From an uncultured Candidatus Poseidoniales archaeon (GTDB lineage: Archaea > Thermoplasmatota > Poseidoniia > Poseidoniales > Thalassarchaeaceae): a stretch of 15,607 nt of DNA. Positions 7,351-15,241 of the stretch are shown here, piece by piece (the first letter of the stretch is position 1; the number at the start of each line of letters is the position of its first letter). The position numbers and the translations under genes were made by a program. A model generated the notes under the pieces. The model saw only the letters and a program-made list of their open reading frames with translations, was not told where the DNA came from and did not search any database. The stretch spans positions 90,855 to 106,461 of the forward strand of contig CAZXZO010000005.1 of assembly GCA_964645485.1 (NCBI GenBank). Reading direction: 5' to 3'.

Positions 7351-8376
7351 TTATACACCCGCTGCGTATTCAATGATGCGTTGGTCAATTATGAAATCTC
7401 CTAATTGATCTAGTTGTAATCCTTCAACTGCCTTCTCAATAAGTATTGACTCTTCCCCATCATGGCCTAAATAATGTCGTCCAGCATCCAATATTGCTTG
7501 CAAAGGAACTAGTCCAACTAATTCCCCAGCAGTAGTCATATTCTTTGTTTCAGAAGCCAATTCACGGATAGCCTCTGTAACTTCATGAAGGCCTGTAATT
7601 GTGTAATCAAGTAAGTTCATAGAAACTTGAGCGGTATTTTCATCATACATCCAGCCCGCTCCTTGTAAACACTGAAATCTACCTGGAATGCGGAGTGCTT
7701 TACCATCTTCATCCAGTATTTTCTCCCCATTTTCATCTTTCCTAAGAACCCCACTAGAACGTAATTTTCCTGCAATAATATTTGTGATACTTTTGTTATC
7801 TGTATCTAAATTTACATTGTAAGCAATGAGGATTGACCTAGCGCCCGTAGCGGTAACCCCACTCTTAGAATTGAATTTTGATGGCCCAAATTCTGGTGCC
7901 CAATTTGAATCCCCTAGTTTTTCTTCAAACGATTCATATTCTCCACGCCTGATATCTGGAAGATTGATTCTATCATCCCTTCTAGCAGCCTTAGCATAAA
8001 GGTAAACTGAAAGGTTGAATCGACTAGCTGCTTGCTCCCCAAATCTCTCCGCAAGTTCAATGCATTCTTCCATTGTGATGTTACTAACGGGAATGAAAGG
8101 TACAACATCAACCGCACCCATCCTCGCATGTTCTCCGTTGTGTGTCGCCATGTCTATAGACTCCAAAGCAACTTCTGTCCCTCTTAGGGCGGATTCGACA
8201 ACCGCATCTGGTGGGCCAACAATTGTGACCACTGTACGATTGAAATCTGCCCCCATATCTACATCCAATAAACGCACATCTTCAACCGTCAACATTGCTG
8301 CGGTGATAGATTCAATTATTTCCTCATTTTTCCCTTCTGAAAAATTCGGGACGCACTCAACTAATTGTTGTTCCAT
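7351..8376 (-). CDS. ftcd: Glutamate formimidoyltransferase
   Basis: Motifs LVECVPNFSEG, DFNRTVVT, IDMATHNGEHARMGAVDVVPFIP, IRRGEYE, GARSILIAYNVNL and QVSMNL. ATG 8376 follows an SD GGAG; the track start at 8427 overlaps pan. Confidence 0.93.
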   Translation of the reverse strand: MEQQLVECVPNFSEGKNEEIIESITAAMLTVEDVRLLDVDMGADFNRTVVTIVGPPDAVVESALRGTEVALESIDMATHNGEHARMGAVDVVPFIPVSNITMEECIELAERFGEQAASRFNLSVYLYAKAARRDDRINLPDIRRGEYESFEEKLGDSNWAPEFGPSKFNSKSGVTATGARSILIAYNVNLDTDNKSITNIIAGKLRSSGVLRKDENGEKILDEDGKALRIPGRFQCLQGAGWMYDENTAQVSMNLLDYTITGLHEVTEAIRELASETKNMTTAGELVGLVPLQAILDAGRHYLGHDGEESILIEKAVEGLQLDQLGDFIIDQRIIEYAAGV

Positions 8377-8388
8377 TGTAATATCTCC

Positions 8389-8415
8389 AGTGTAGGCGGG
8401 TAAAATCAATTTTGC
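8389..8415 (-). promoter_or_regulatory. Upstream motif of ftcd, shared with hutU
   Basis: GCAAAATTGATTTTACCCGCCTACACT-N12-ATG, inside the 41-nt pan-ftcd gap. Confidence 0.5.
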
Positions 8416-8417
8416 AA

Positions 8418-9662
8418 TCAAGACCACAAACTGTTGGGGGCTTCCCCTTTCTTCTCGGATCTTTTCTTTAAGATAGTCTCCAAGGCTGATGTGAAGTCTG
8501 CTTTCGTTGCTTTATTCTTATTTTTACGAATTGCACACATTCCTGCTTCCACTACTAATGCCTTAAGTTCGGCTCCAGATAATCCATCAGTGGATGACAC
8601 GATATTGCTAATGCTAACACCTTTTGTAATTGGCATGTCTTTCATATGGATCTCTAAAATTGCCAATCTTGCTTCTTCTTTCGGTAATGGAATTTCAATA
8701 ACCCTGTCGAATCTTCCTGGTCGAAGAAGTGCTTCATCGAGTATGTCTGGTCTATTTGTTGCTGCAATTAATTTCACATCTGCAAGCGAATCAAAACCAT
8801 CCAATTCTGCAAGCAATTGCATTAACGTCCTCTGGACTTCTCTGTCCCCGCTTGTAGCAGAATCAAGCCTTTTTGCACCTATAGCATCGATTTCATCTAT
8901 GAAAACAATTGAGGGGGACCGCTCTCTTGCAAGGTCAAATAGTTCACGTACCATCCGTCCTCCCTCTCCGATGTATTTCTGAGCCAATTCACTTGCTACC
9001 AATCGGATAAAAGTACAATCGGTACTGTTTGCTACAGCCTTAGCAAGCATCGTCTTACCACAGCCAGGAGGTCCCACTAAGATGACACCTCCAGGAGGTT
9101 CAATACCAAATTTAGTGAATGCTTGTGGATTTGTTAGAGGCAACTCAATTGATTCTTTGATTAGCGAGATTTGTTCATCTAATCCACCTAAGTCTGAAAA
9201 AGATGTATCTGGCTTCTCAACCATTTCAGCACCCATTACTAATGGGTCCCAAGCATCATTCAATACATCAATAATTGATAGAGTATCTTGGTTCAGAGCA
9301 ACCCTTGCTCCAGGCTTCAGAAGTTGCTCATCTATGCCTTGATTATATGTAACCAAGAAAACAGTACCATTACTCGACCTAACAACTGCCCTTTCCTTGT
9401 CTAGAATATCTTGGATATTTCCAATCACGTGTGGAGGCATCCGCATAAGGCGGACTTCTTCACTTAAACGACCAATTTTGGACTTTTGTTTTGCCACCCT
9501 GTTTTCTAAATCTATTCTATCGGATAATAACTGCTGAGTCTGTTGCCGCAATTCTTCATATTTACCTTCTAAGTTTGATATGGTTCGTTCTGCAATTGCC
9601 CCAACCTTATGAGTAGATTGCTCATCATCGCTAGGCGAAATTGCGTCAGTGTCTGATACCAT
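8418..9662 (-). CDS. pan: Proteasome-activating nucleotidase (AAA+)
   Basis: N-terminal coiled coil and OB domain (PGARVALNQ), Walker A GPPGCGKT, pore loop KYIGEG, Walker B IFIDEID, GDREVQRT and SRH ATNRPDILDEALLRPGRFDR. It is adjacent to mbf1, as in many archaea. Confidence 0.95.
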   Translation of the reverse strand: MVSDTDAISPSDDEQSTHKVGAIAERTISNLEGKYEELRQQTQQLLSDRIDLENRVAKQKSKIGRLSEEVRLMRMPPHVIGNIQDILDKERAVVRSSNGTVFLVTYNQGIDEQLLKPGARVALNQDTLSIIDVLNDAWDPLVMGAEMVEKPDTSFSDLGGLDEQISLIKESIELPLTNPQAFTKFGIEPPGGVILVGPPGCGKTMLAKAVANSTDCTFIRLVASELAQKYIGEGGRMVRELFDLARERSPSIVFIDEIDAIGAKRLDSATSGDREVQRTLMQLLAELDGFDSLADVKLIAATNRPDILDEALLRPGRFDRVIEIPLPKEEARLAILEIHMKDMPITKGVSISNIVSSTDGLSGAELKALVVEAGMCAIRKNKNKATKADFTSALETILKKRSEKKGEAPNSLWS

Positions 9663-9687
9663 GCTAATCCCTAATTGATTCGGGTTT

Positions 9688-9701
9688 GTTAACCTCTAAT
9701 A
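9688..9701 (-). promoter_or_regulatory. Candidate core promoter of pan
   Basis: TATTAGAGGTTAAC, with TTAAC ending 25 nt upstream of the ATG. Confidence 0.4.
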
Positions 9702-9804
9702 ATGTATCACAATGTAGTTGTTATCAAAATAGTATTCTAGGCTTATATTTGGTAAGCGCGAAGATGGTCTAAAATAGGGTCGGCCTTATGTCCAAGCGAG
9801 ATTA

Positions 9805-10326
9805 ATGGGTAATTGCGAGTTGTGTGGAGCAGTTAGCGTTTCAACCAAGCGGATGTCTGTGCACGGCGCTTTTGTTGAAGGGTGCAAAAAGTGTCAGGAA
9901 AAAATGGGATTTAACTCCGAAACGGACCAAGCTGCACAAAATGTCGAGAGAGTAAACCGGAAAACTTCTGTCGCCACTTCAGGTGGTTATGGTGGCCTTG
10001 GTACTGCTGGTAAAGATATCATGGTACGAGACGGCAAGGAATTAGTTGATGAATTCCCCACAATCATCCGAGAAGCACGTGAACAGAGAGGCTGGGATCA
10101 ACGAACACTGGCATTAAAAATGAGAGAAAAAATAAACATTGTTCAGCGTACTGAGGGTGGGAAACGCCCAGGTGACACTGTCATAAGAAAATTTGAAAAA
10201 ACTCTAAACATTTCACTACTTAATGAATTATCTGACACTGAGGTAGAGCGCACTGTCGGAAATCAAGAATCTAGGTCCCTAAACTTAGGAGATTTAATCA
10301 AAATGGCACGCAAAGAGGGGGAGTAA
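9805..10326 (+). CDS. mbf1: Archaeal multiprotein bridging factor 1 (Zn ribbon + Cro-type HTH)
   Basis: CELCG...CKKC zinc ribbon, followed by ELVDEFPTIIREAREQRGWDQRTLALKMREKINIVQRTEGG (HTH) and the C-terminal SLNLGDLI (T(L/I)GD-like motif). Confidence 0.92.
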   Translation: MGNCELCGAVSVSTKRMSVHGAFVEGCKKCQEKMGFNSETDQAAQNVERVNRKTSVATSGGYGGLGTAGKDIMVRDGKELVDEFPTIIREAREQRGWDQRTLALKMREKINIVQRTEGGKRPGDTVIRKFEKTLNISLLNELSDTEVERTVGNQESRSLNLGDLIKMARKEGE

Positions 10327-10338
10327 TCCATCTCTTCG

Positions 10339-10866
10339 GTGCCTTTGCATATCATCCATCTCTCTCAAGACGATCCAAAGAAATGCACTGCTAGGAAATT
10401 GGAACGTTTACAATTAGCAATAGTTCATAATTCTCTAAGACGGCCACCTAGAAGAGGATTTTTGCTCGATCCACTTGCTGGTGAAATCCTCGGACCAGAT
10501 GATATTCAAGAAATTAATAGAGGTGCTTCAATAGTAGCATTAGATTGCTCTTGGAAAAAATGTGATGTTTCATTTGAGGATGTCAAAAAAAAATCACCCA
10601 GGCTGAAACCTCGAACCTTACCTCTGCTTTTAGCAGCAAATGAAGTTTCTTGGGGCAAACCTGGTAGGTTATCTACGGTTGAAGCCTTGGCTGTTTGTCT
10701 TATTTTGTTAAACGAGCCCGAACAAGCAAAAGAGATTCTCAAACCATTCAAATTTGGAGATGAATTTTTGAGGCTAAATAAAGAACCATTGGCAGCATAT
10801 TGTGAAGCAAAAAGCAACGCTGAATTAATTAAAATTCAATGGGAATTTTTTGATAAACCCCAATAA
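10339..10866 (+). CDS. tsr3: rRNA aminocarboxypropyltransferase Tsr3 (DUF367)
   Basis: Motifs QDDPKKCTARKL, ALDCSW, RTLPLLLAANEVSWGKPGRLSTVEALA and FKFGDEFLRLN. GTG start. Confidence 0.95.
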   Translation: MPLHIIHLSQDDPKKCTARKLERLQLAIVHNSLRRPPRRGFLLDPLAGEILGPDDIQEINRGASIVALDCSWKKCDVSFEDVKKKSPRLKPRTLPLLLAANEVSWGKPGRLSTVEALAVCLILLNEPEQAKEILKPFKFGDEFLRLNKEPLAAYCEAKSNAELIKIQWEFFDKPQ

Positions 10867-10873
10867 TTTCCAC

Positions 10874-11200
10874 CTATGAAAGATTTTGACACTTTTCAGG
10901 TGGTCTACAAATAATCGCTATTTCCCCGTTATCCAAAATTGGACGTTGCATCAATTTTGGATTTTTCATAAGTAAGTCAATAATAACATCACCACTGATT
11001 GTGGATGGTTTGCTCGGAGCATCTTTGTCACCCCATCTAATCAGTTCAGAAATTGGGTCTTTCAGTCGAGTTACCAAATCTACAATGTCCCCTTTAGACA
11101 ACGGATTTTTCAAATATAGAACTATCTCGGGTGTTCTATTTTCAATTAATTTTAATGTTTGGCGACTTTTTGAACACCTAGGGTTGTGGTACAATTTCAC
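10874..11200 (-). CDS. ArsC/Spx-family thioredoxin-fold protein (glutaredoxin-type arsenate reductase / YfgD-like)
   Basis: Motifs YHNPRCSKSR, ELIR, NPKLMQRPI and CRPPE retain the His, Cys and three Arg of E. coli-type ArsC. The probable start is GTG 11200, after AGGTGA which overlaps the metG stop. Confidence 0.85.
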   Translation of the reverse strand: MKLYHNPRCSKSRQTLKLIENRTPEIVLYLKNPLSKGDIVDLVTRLKDPISELIRWGDKDAPSKPSTISGDVIIDLLMKNPKLMQRPILDNGEIAIICRPPEKCQNLS

Positions 11201-11204
11201 TCTA

Positions 11205-13487
11205 TCACCTGACAAGGGAACCGGTAGAAATTTCACCATCTATTGAAACTAACTTTACGCTCCCGTTGCCATCATCTGCTGCCAATAACATTCCCTCACT
11301 CATCACACCTCGTAATTTCCTTGGCTCTAGATTAGCTACAAATACAACAGATTTACCATTCATTTCTTCAATTGTGTAATATGGTTTCAAACCAGCACAA
11401 ACTACCCGCCCTTCTGTACTCCCATCATCGACAGACACAACGTATAATTTGTCAGCATTCGGGTGATCTTCAACATTGGTTATCTTTCCTGTTCTCAATT
11501 CTACCTTCATGAAGGTCTCAAAATCAAGGTAGGCTATTCCTTCTGGTGCATCGGTCATTTTCTCATTCTCCTTTTTCTTCCCACCTTTTACCCCGTGGGT
11601 TGGGTCTTTTGAATCAGATGTTGTTGTTTGTTCTGCAAGTTCTCTTTCTTCTTCTAAAATTTCGTCTAAGTCCAATTTCGTAAATAATGGCTGTGGGTTT
11701 TCTTCATTCCAAGTCATTTCACTTTGCCAGTCTAGAGCACTGCTCCACGCCACCTGTGAAACTTCACCGGTTAGCCCAAGATTCTCCCATGATTGTTGTG
11801 CACTAAATGGGATGAAAGGTTGAGTTACGATTGCTAAAGTCCTGGATATTCTCCAAGCAAATGCAAGTTTTGCTAAAGAGTGGTCTCTTTGGTTTAGCCA
11901 CTCTTCACCTGACTGTTCTGGTTGTTTGAGAAATTTCCAAGGTGTTGCCTCTTGTAACATCTGGTTTCCTAATTGAGCCATGTTCATGCCACTGCGCAAA
12001 GCCTCTTTGTATCGATGTTTACGAAGACTTGTAGTGATGTCAGAGTGAAGATTAGTAATCTTGTTAATTTCTTCATTATTTAGTGACAAATCATCATACT
12101 TTGATAGCGGATTTTCTCCAGAACCATCATCTAACCGAGCGGCGAGAGTCATTACTCTATGAACAAAATTGCCATAGGTGCCAATTAGTTCATTGTTTAT
12201 CTTTTCAACGAAATCTGGCCAATTAAAGTCCGTATCATGACTCTCTGGCATATTTATTGACAAGTAATACCGCAGCGTATCGGGTTGAAATCTATTGAGA
12301 AATGCGGGCAACCAGACAGCGTGCTTTCTGCTCTTTGAGAATTGACCCCCGGCTAACATCAAATATTCCATTGCTGGAACATTATCTTCTAAGTGTAAAT
12401 CTCCTATTCCCGGGCGCAAATCAGAATCGTGAGATACATCTTTATCGGTATTATTCAAACCCATAATCAATGCTGGCCAAATTACTGTATGGAAAGGGAT
12501 ATTATCCTTCCCGAGGAAATATAGATGGCGTGGCTGGGCACCTGTTTGTGGATTTTTCCACCAGTTTTCCCATGCTGCGTTTCCATCAGGATGTTGACCT
12601 CCTGCAAACTCTTGTGACCAAATCCTAGCACATGTGTAATACCCTTGAACAGCCTCAAACCACACATATACACACTTGCCTTTCCACTCATCACCTTCTA
12701 GAGGTAAATCGATACCCCAATCAAGGTCTCTTGTAACAGCACGTGGACGCAAGCCCATGTCTAGCCAATTTTTTGTCATCGCTTTCACATTGGTCTTCCA
12801 AGTGTCCCAATTATCTTTAGAGTGCAGTTCAAGTGATTTTTGGAACAAATCCAATCGGAAGAAGAAGTGGTCTGTATCTCTGATTTCGATAGCTGCTTCA
12901 GGATTCATCTTTGAATGGGGGGTGGTTAGTTCAGATGCTTCGTAAGTTGTCCCACACTCATCACACTGGTCTCCCCTGGCAGATTCGTATTGACAATTAG
13001 GGCAAGTTCCTTCGATATATCGGTCTGGTAAAAATCGCCCTTCACCTCCATCTCGAAGTTCGTAATATTGTTGCATAGTTTTTTTCTCAAACATCCCTGC
13101 ATTATACAATGCTAAGAAATTCTCTTGGACATATTTTTTGTGCCTTGGGTCAGATGTTCGATTGAATAATGCGCCACCGTATTCAATACCGCGCGGATCA
13201 ATATTTGGCTCCCAAGCACAACCTAGATTGAGAAGTGCTTGTTTGTTTATTGCATGATATTTGTCCACAATATCCTGTGGCTTTACCCCTTCTTGTTCCG
13301 CTGTAACGGTGATTGGAGTACCATGTTCATCACTACCACTAACAAGTAAAACCCTGTTACCTAGAGCCCTTTCGAATCTAAGGTGAATATCTGGTGGCAA
13401 GTAACATCCGGCTACATGACCAAGGTGTAAAGGGCCATTTGCATAAGGCCAAGCAACACAGATGAGTACATGCTCGGGCTCTCCCAT
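11205..13487 (-). CDS. metG: Methionyl-tRNA synthetase with C-terminal tRNA-binding (Trbp111-like) domain
   Basis: PYANGPLHLGH (HIGH), GSDEHG, Zn knuckle CPNC...DQCDEC, YVWFEA, GKDNIPFH, QFSKS (KMSKS), NELIGTYGNFVHR and the C-terminal HPNADKL...NLEPRKLRGVMSEGM. Confidence 0.98.
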   Translation of the reverse strand: MGEPEHVLICVAWPYANGPLHLGHVAGCYLPPDIHLRFERALGNRVLLVSGSDEHGTPITVTAEQEGVKPQDIVDKYHAINKQALLNLGCAWEPNIDPRGIEYGGALFNRTSDPRHKKYVQENFLALYNAGMFEKKTMQQYYELRDGGEGRFLPDRYIEGTCPNCQYESARGDQCDECGTTYEASELTTPHSKMNPEAAIEIRDTDHFFFRLDLFQKSLELHSKDNWDTWKTNVKAMTKNWLDMGLRPRAVTRDLDWGIDLPLEGDEWKGKCVYVWFEAVQGYYTCARIWSQEFAGGQHPDGNAAWENWWKNPQTGAQPRHLYFLGKDNIPFHTVIWPALIMGLNNTDKDVSHDSDLRPGIGDLHLEDNVPAMEYLMLAGGQFSKSRKHAVWLPAFLNRFQPDTLRYYLSINMPESHDTDFNWPDFVEKINNELIGTYGNFVHRVMTLAARLDDGSGENPLSKYDDLSLNNEEINKITNLHSDITTSLRKHRYKEALRSGMNMAQLGNQMLQEATPWKFLKQPEQSGEEWLNQRDHSLAKLAFAWRISRTLAIVTQPFIPFSAQQSWENLGLTGEVSQVAWSSALDWQSEMTWNEENPQPLFTKLDLDEILEEERELAEQTTTSDSKDPTHGVKGGKKKENEKMTDAPEGIAYLDFETFMKVELRTGKITNVEDHPNADKLYVVSVDDGSTEGRVVCAGLKPYYTIEEMNGKSVVFVANLEPRKLRGVMSEGMLLAADDGNGSVKLVSIDGEISTGSLVR

Positions 13488-13508
13488 AGAATCCGGGCGT
13501 AACAGGTC

Positions 13509-13522
13509 GTTAATGTCAATAC
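13509..13522 (-). promoter_or_regulatory. Candidate core promoter of metG
   Basis: GTATTGACATTAAC, with TTAAC ending 21 nt upstream of the ATG. It closely resembles the hutU and ftcd elements. Confidence 0.45.
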
Positions 13523-13530
13523 CTATCCTT

Positions 13531-13543
13531 ATTGTTGAACAAT
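13531..13543. promoter_or_regulatory. Perfect palindrome ATTGTT-G-AACAAT in the divergent metG/CNNM intergenic region
   Basis: Read directly from the sequence; function is unknown. Confidence 0.35.
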
Positions 13544-13631
13544 TTTAATTTTCATGAATTTTTTATGGTCAGTAAAGGTATATTCAAAGGCAAAAGGCAC
13601 ATGGACGACCTGTCGGTCTCGTTGCTAGCCG

Positions 13632-14708
13632 ATGGAGAATAGAAATCCGATGAGTTACACTCTCCTCGTCACATATGCCGTTTTGGCAATTGGAGTCTCT
13701 TTCCTTTGTAGTATTCTTGAAGCTGTGCTTCTTTCAACTTCTATCTCAAATGTTGCAGTTATGGAATCGAAAAACCAACGTTTTGCTAATTTGTGGCGCG
13801 TATTCAAAAATGACCCAGAACGGCCCCTTACTGCAATTTTAACTCTCAATACTATTGCCCACACGGTAGGAGCGATTGGGGTAGGAACCGAAGTTGCAAA
13901 ATTATATGCGGGTAGCCCAGAATTGGATTTGATAGTCGGAGTTGCTTCTGCAATCCTTACCTTAGGAGTTTTATTATTCTCGGAAATATTACCCAAAACC
14001 CTTGGCACTCTCTATTCTAAGCGTCTCGCCACCCCTGCAGCCTTCCTTCTTCAAATGTTAATCTACGGTCTAATTTGGATTGTAGTACCTATTCAGTGGA
14101 CTAAGAAATTATTCCCAACACCTGACCAAGAAACCGTCACAAGAGATGAGTTAGCCGCACTTGTTGACGTGGCTGAGGAAGAAAAAACAATTGAAGCAGA
14201 TGAAGAAAAGGTAATTCACAATCTATTGAAACTCAGAGATATCACAGTAAGTGATGTAATGACGCCGAGGGTAGTTATCACCTCTGTTATTGACACCTAT
14301 TCAGTACAACAAGTATTGGATGAAATGCCTATTATGGTGCATGGCAGATTGCCAGTTCAAAGCGAAACAATAGATGAAGTCAAAGGCTATGTTTTGAGAA
14401 ATCAGATTCTAATGAGAGCCGCTAATGATGAACATAATGTCACAATGCTTGAGTTGATGAGGGATATACAACCTGTAGGCCCAGATCAATCAGTAGATGA
14501 AGCACTCGATATTCTGCTAGACCACAAAGAACAGATTCTTATTGTCCGTGATGAATTTGGCGGAACAATGGGAATAATTACCATGGAGGATATCATTGAA
14601 ACCCTTCTAGGTAGGGAAATTGTAGACGAAACAGACCAGGAAGGAATTGCAGAGGGGACCACTGCTGAAGACATGCGTGAATTCGCCAAACAGAAAATTG
14701 AAGAATAA
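13632..14708 (+). CDS. CNNM/DUF21 + CBS-pair membrane protein (HlyC/CorC/CorB family, putative Mg2+/divalent cation transporter)
   Basis: N-terminal transmembrane segments, SFLCSILEAVLLS, ILTLNTIAHTVGA, SEILPKTLG, VMTPR and VRDEFGGTMGIITMEDIIETLLG. An alternative start is ATG 13650. Confidence 0.92.
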   Translation: MENRNPMSYTLLVTYAVLAIGVSFLCSILEAVLLSTSISNVAVMESKNQRFANLWRVFKNDPERPLTAILTLNTIAHTVGAIGVGTEVAKLYAGSPELDLIVGVASAILTLGVLLFSEILPKTLGTLYSKRLATPAAFLLQMLIYGLIWIVVPIQWTKKLFPTPDQETVTRDELAALVDVAEEEKTIEADEEKVIHNLLKLRDITVSDVMTPRVVITSVIDTYSVQQVLDEMPIMVHGRLPVQSETIDEVKGYVLRNQILMRAANDEHNVTMLELMRDIQPVGPDQSVDEALDILLDHKEQILIVRDEFGGTMGIITMEDIIETLLGREIVDETDQEGIAEGTTAEDMREFAKQKIEE

Positions 14709-14735
14709 TGATAAACTAATCAATTATTTTGAAAA

Positions 14736-15194
14736 TCACATTTTTATTGGTGAAATTTTTGCCCCATTGTGCACTTTCCCAGTTTTGATAACTCGCCCAT
14801 AAACTCCACCTCGCAAGTTAGGCGTTAATGCGTCCTTTAGGCCCCTTTGCACATCCTCCATTTGATTGCAAGGTGTGACTTCACCTAACACTTCTATCAC
14901 AGCGGTACCCAATCGAACCTTCGTCCCAATTAGGGTAGGTAAGTCAATTCCCTGTACTAAGATGTTAGAGCGTCTAAACGTCCATGGCATATCATGTCCA
15001 ATGGTGTCACATACATGATTCCAAGCGGCCTCATCTAGGAAAGACACTTGACGTTTCAAACTAGTTCCGTGGTCTCCGATTACCCCCCCAGAGGTAGACA
15101 AGTCCAAGAGTTCACAAGTGACCATTGAGGCGCCTTTGCTGGGCCGTTTAGCAAGAGCAAGCACAGTGCCTTGCATTACAACGCCTCTGCCCAC
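14736..15194 (-). CDS. Standalone MOSC-domain protein
   Basis: Motifs RQVSFL, RRSNILVQG, GTKVRLGTAVIEV, TPCNQME (conserved Cys) and RGGVYGRVIKTGKV. The start is GTG 15194 or ATG 15176. Confidence 0.88.
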   Translation of the reverse strand: MGRGVVMQGTVLALAKRPSKGASMVTCELLDLSTSGGVIGDHGTSLKRQVSFLDEAAWNHVCDTIGHDMPWTFRRSNILVQGIDLPTLIGTKVRLGTAVIEVLGEVTPCNQMEDVQRGLKDALTPNLRGGVYGRVIKTGKVHNGAKISPIKM

Positions 15195-15241
15195 TTTTTA
15201 CTGAATGGATTGAGCGGGTCTTCTTACCTTCGAATTACACT

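Noticed and set aside
8377-8427. Apparent overlap between pan and ftcd
   Set aside because: It is an artefact of the track's upstream start. Homology begins at MEQQLVECVPNFSEG (ATG 8376), which has its own SD.
8015-9342. Longer antisense ORFs (126, 182 and 86 aa) opposite ftcd and pan
   Set aside because: They are codon-register antisense shadows of conserved genes, with S/I/L-rich composition and no family signal.
10874-10905. Possible frameshift at the ArsC C-terminus (PEKCQNLS)
   Set aside because: All conserved motifs are complete before this point and the length (108 aa) is normal, so there is no evidence of an indel.
11201-11239. Apparent overlap between metG and the ArsC-like gene
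   Set aside because: The true start is probably GTG 11200, because family members begin just before YHNP.
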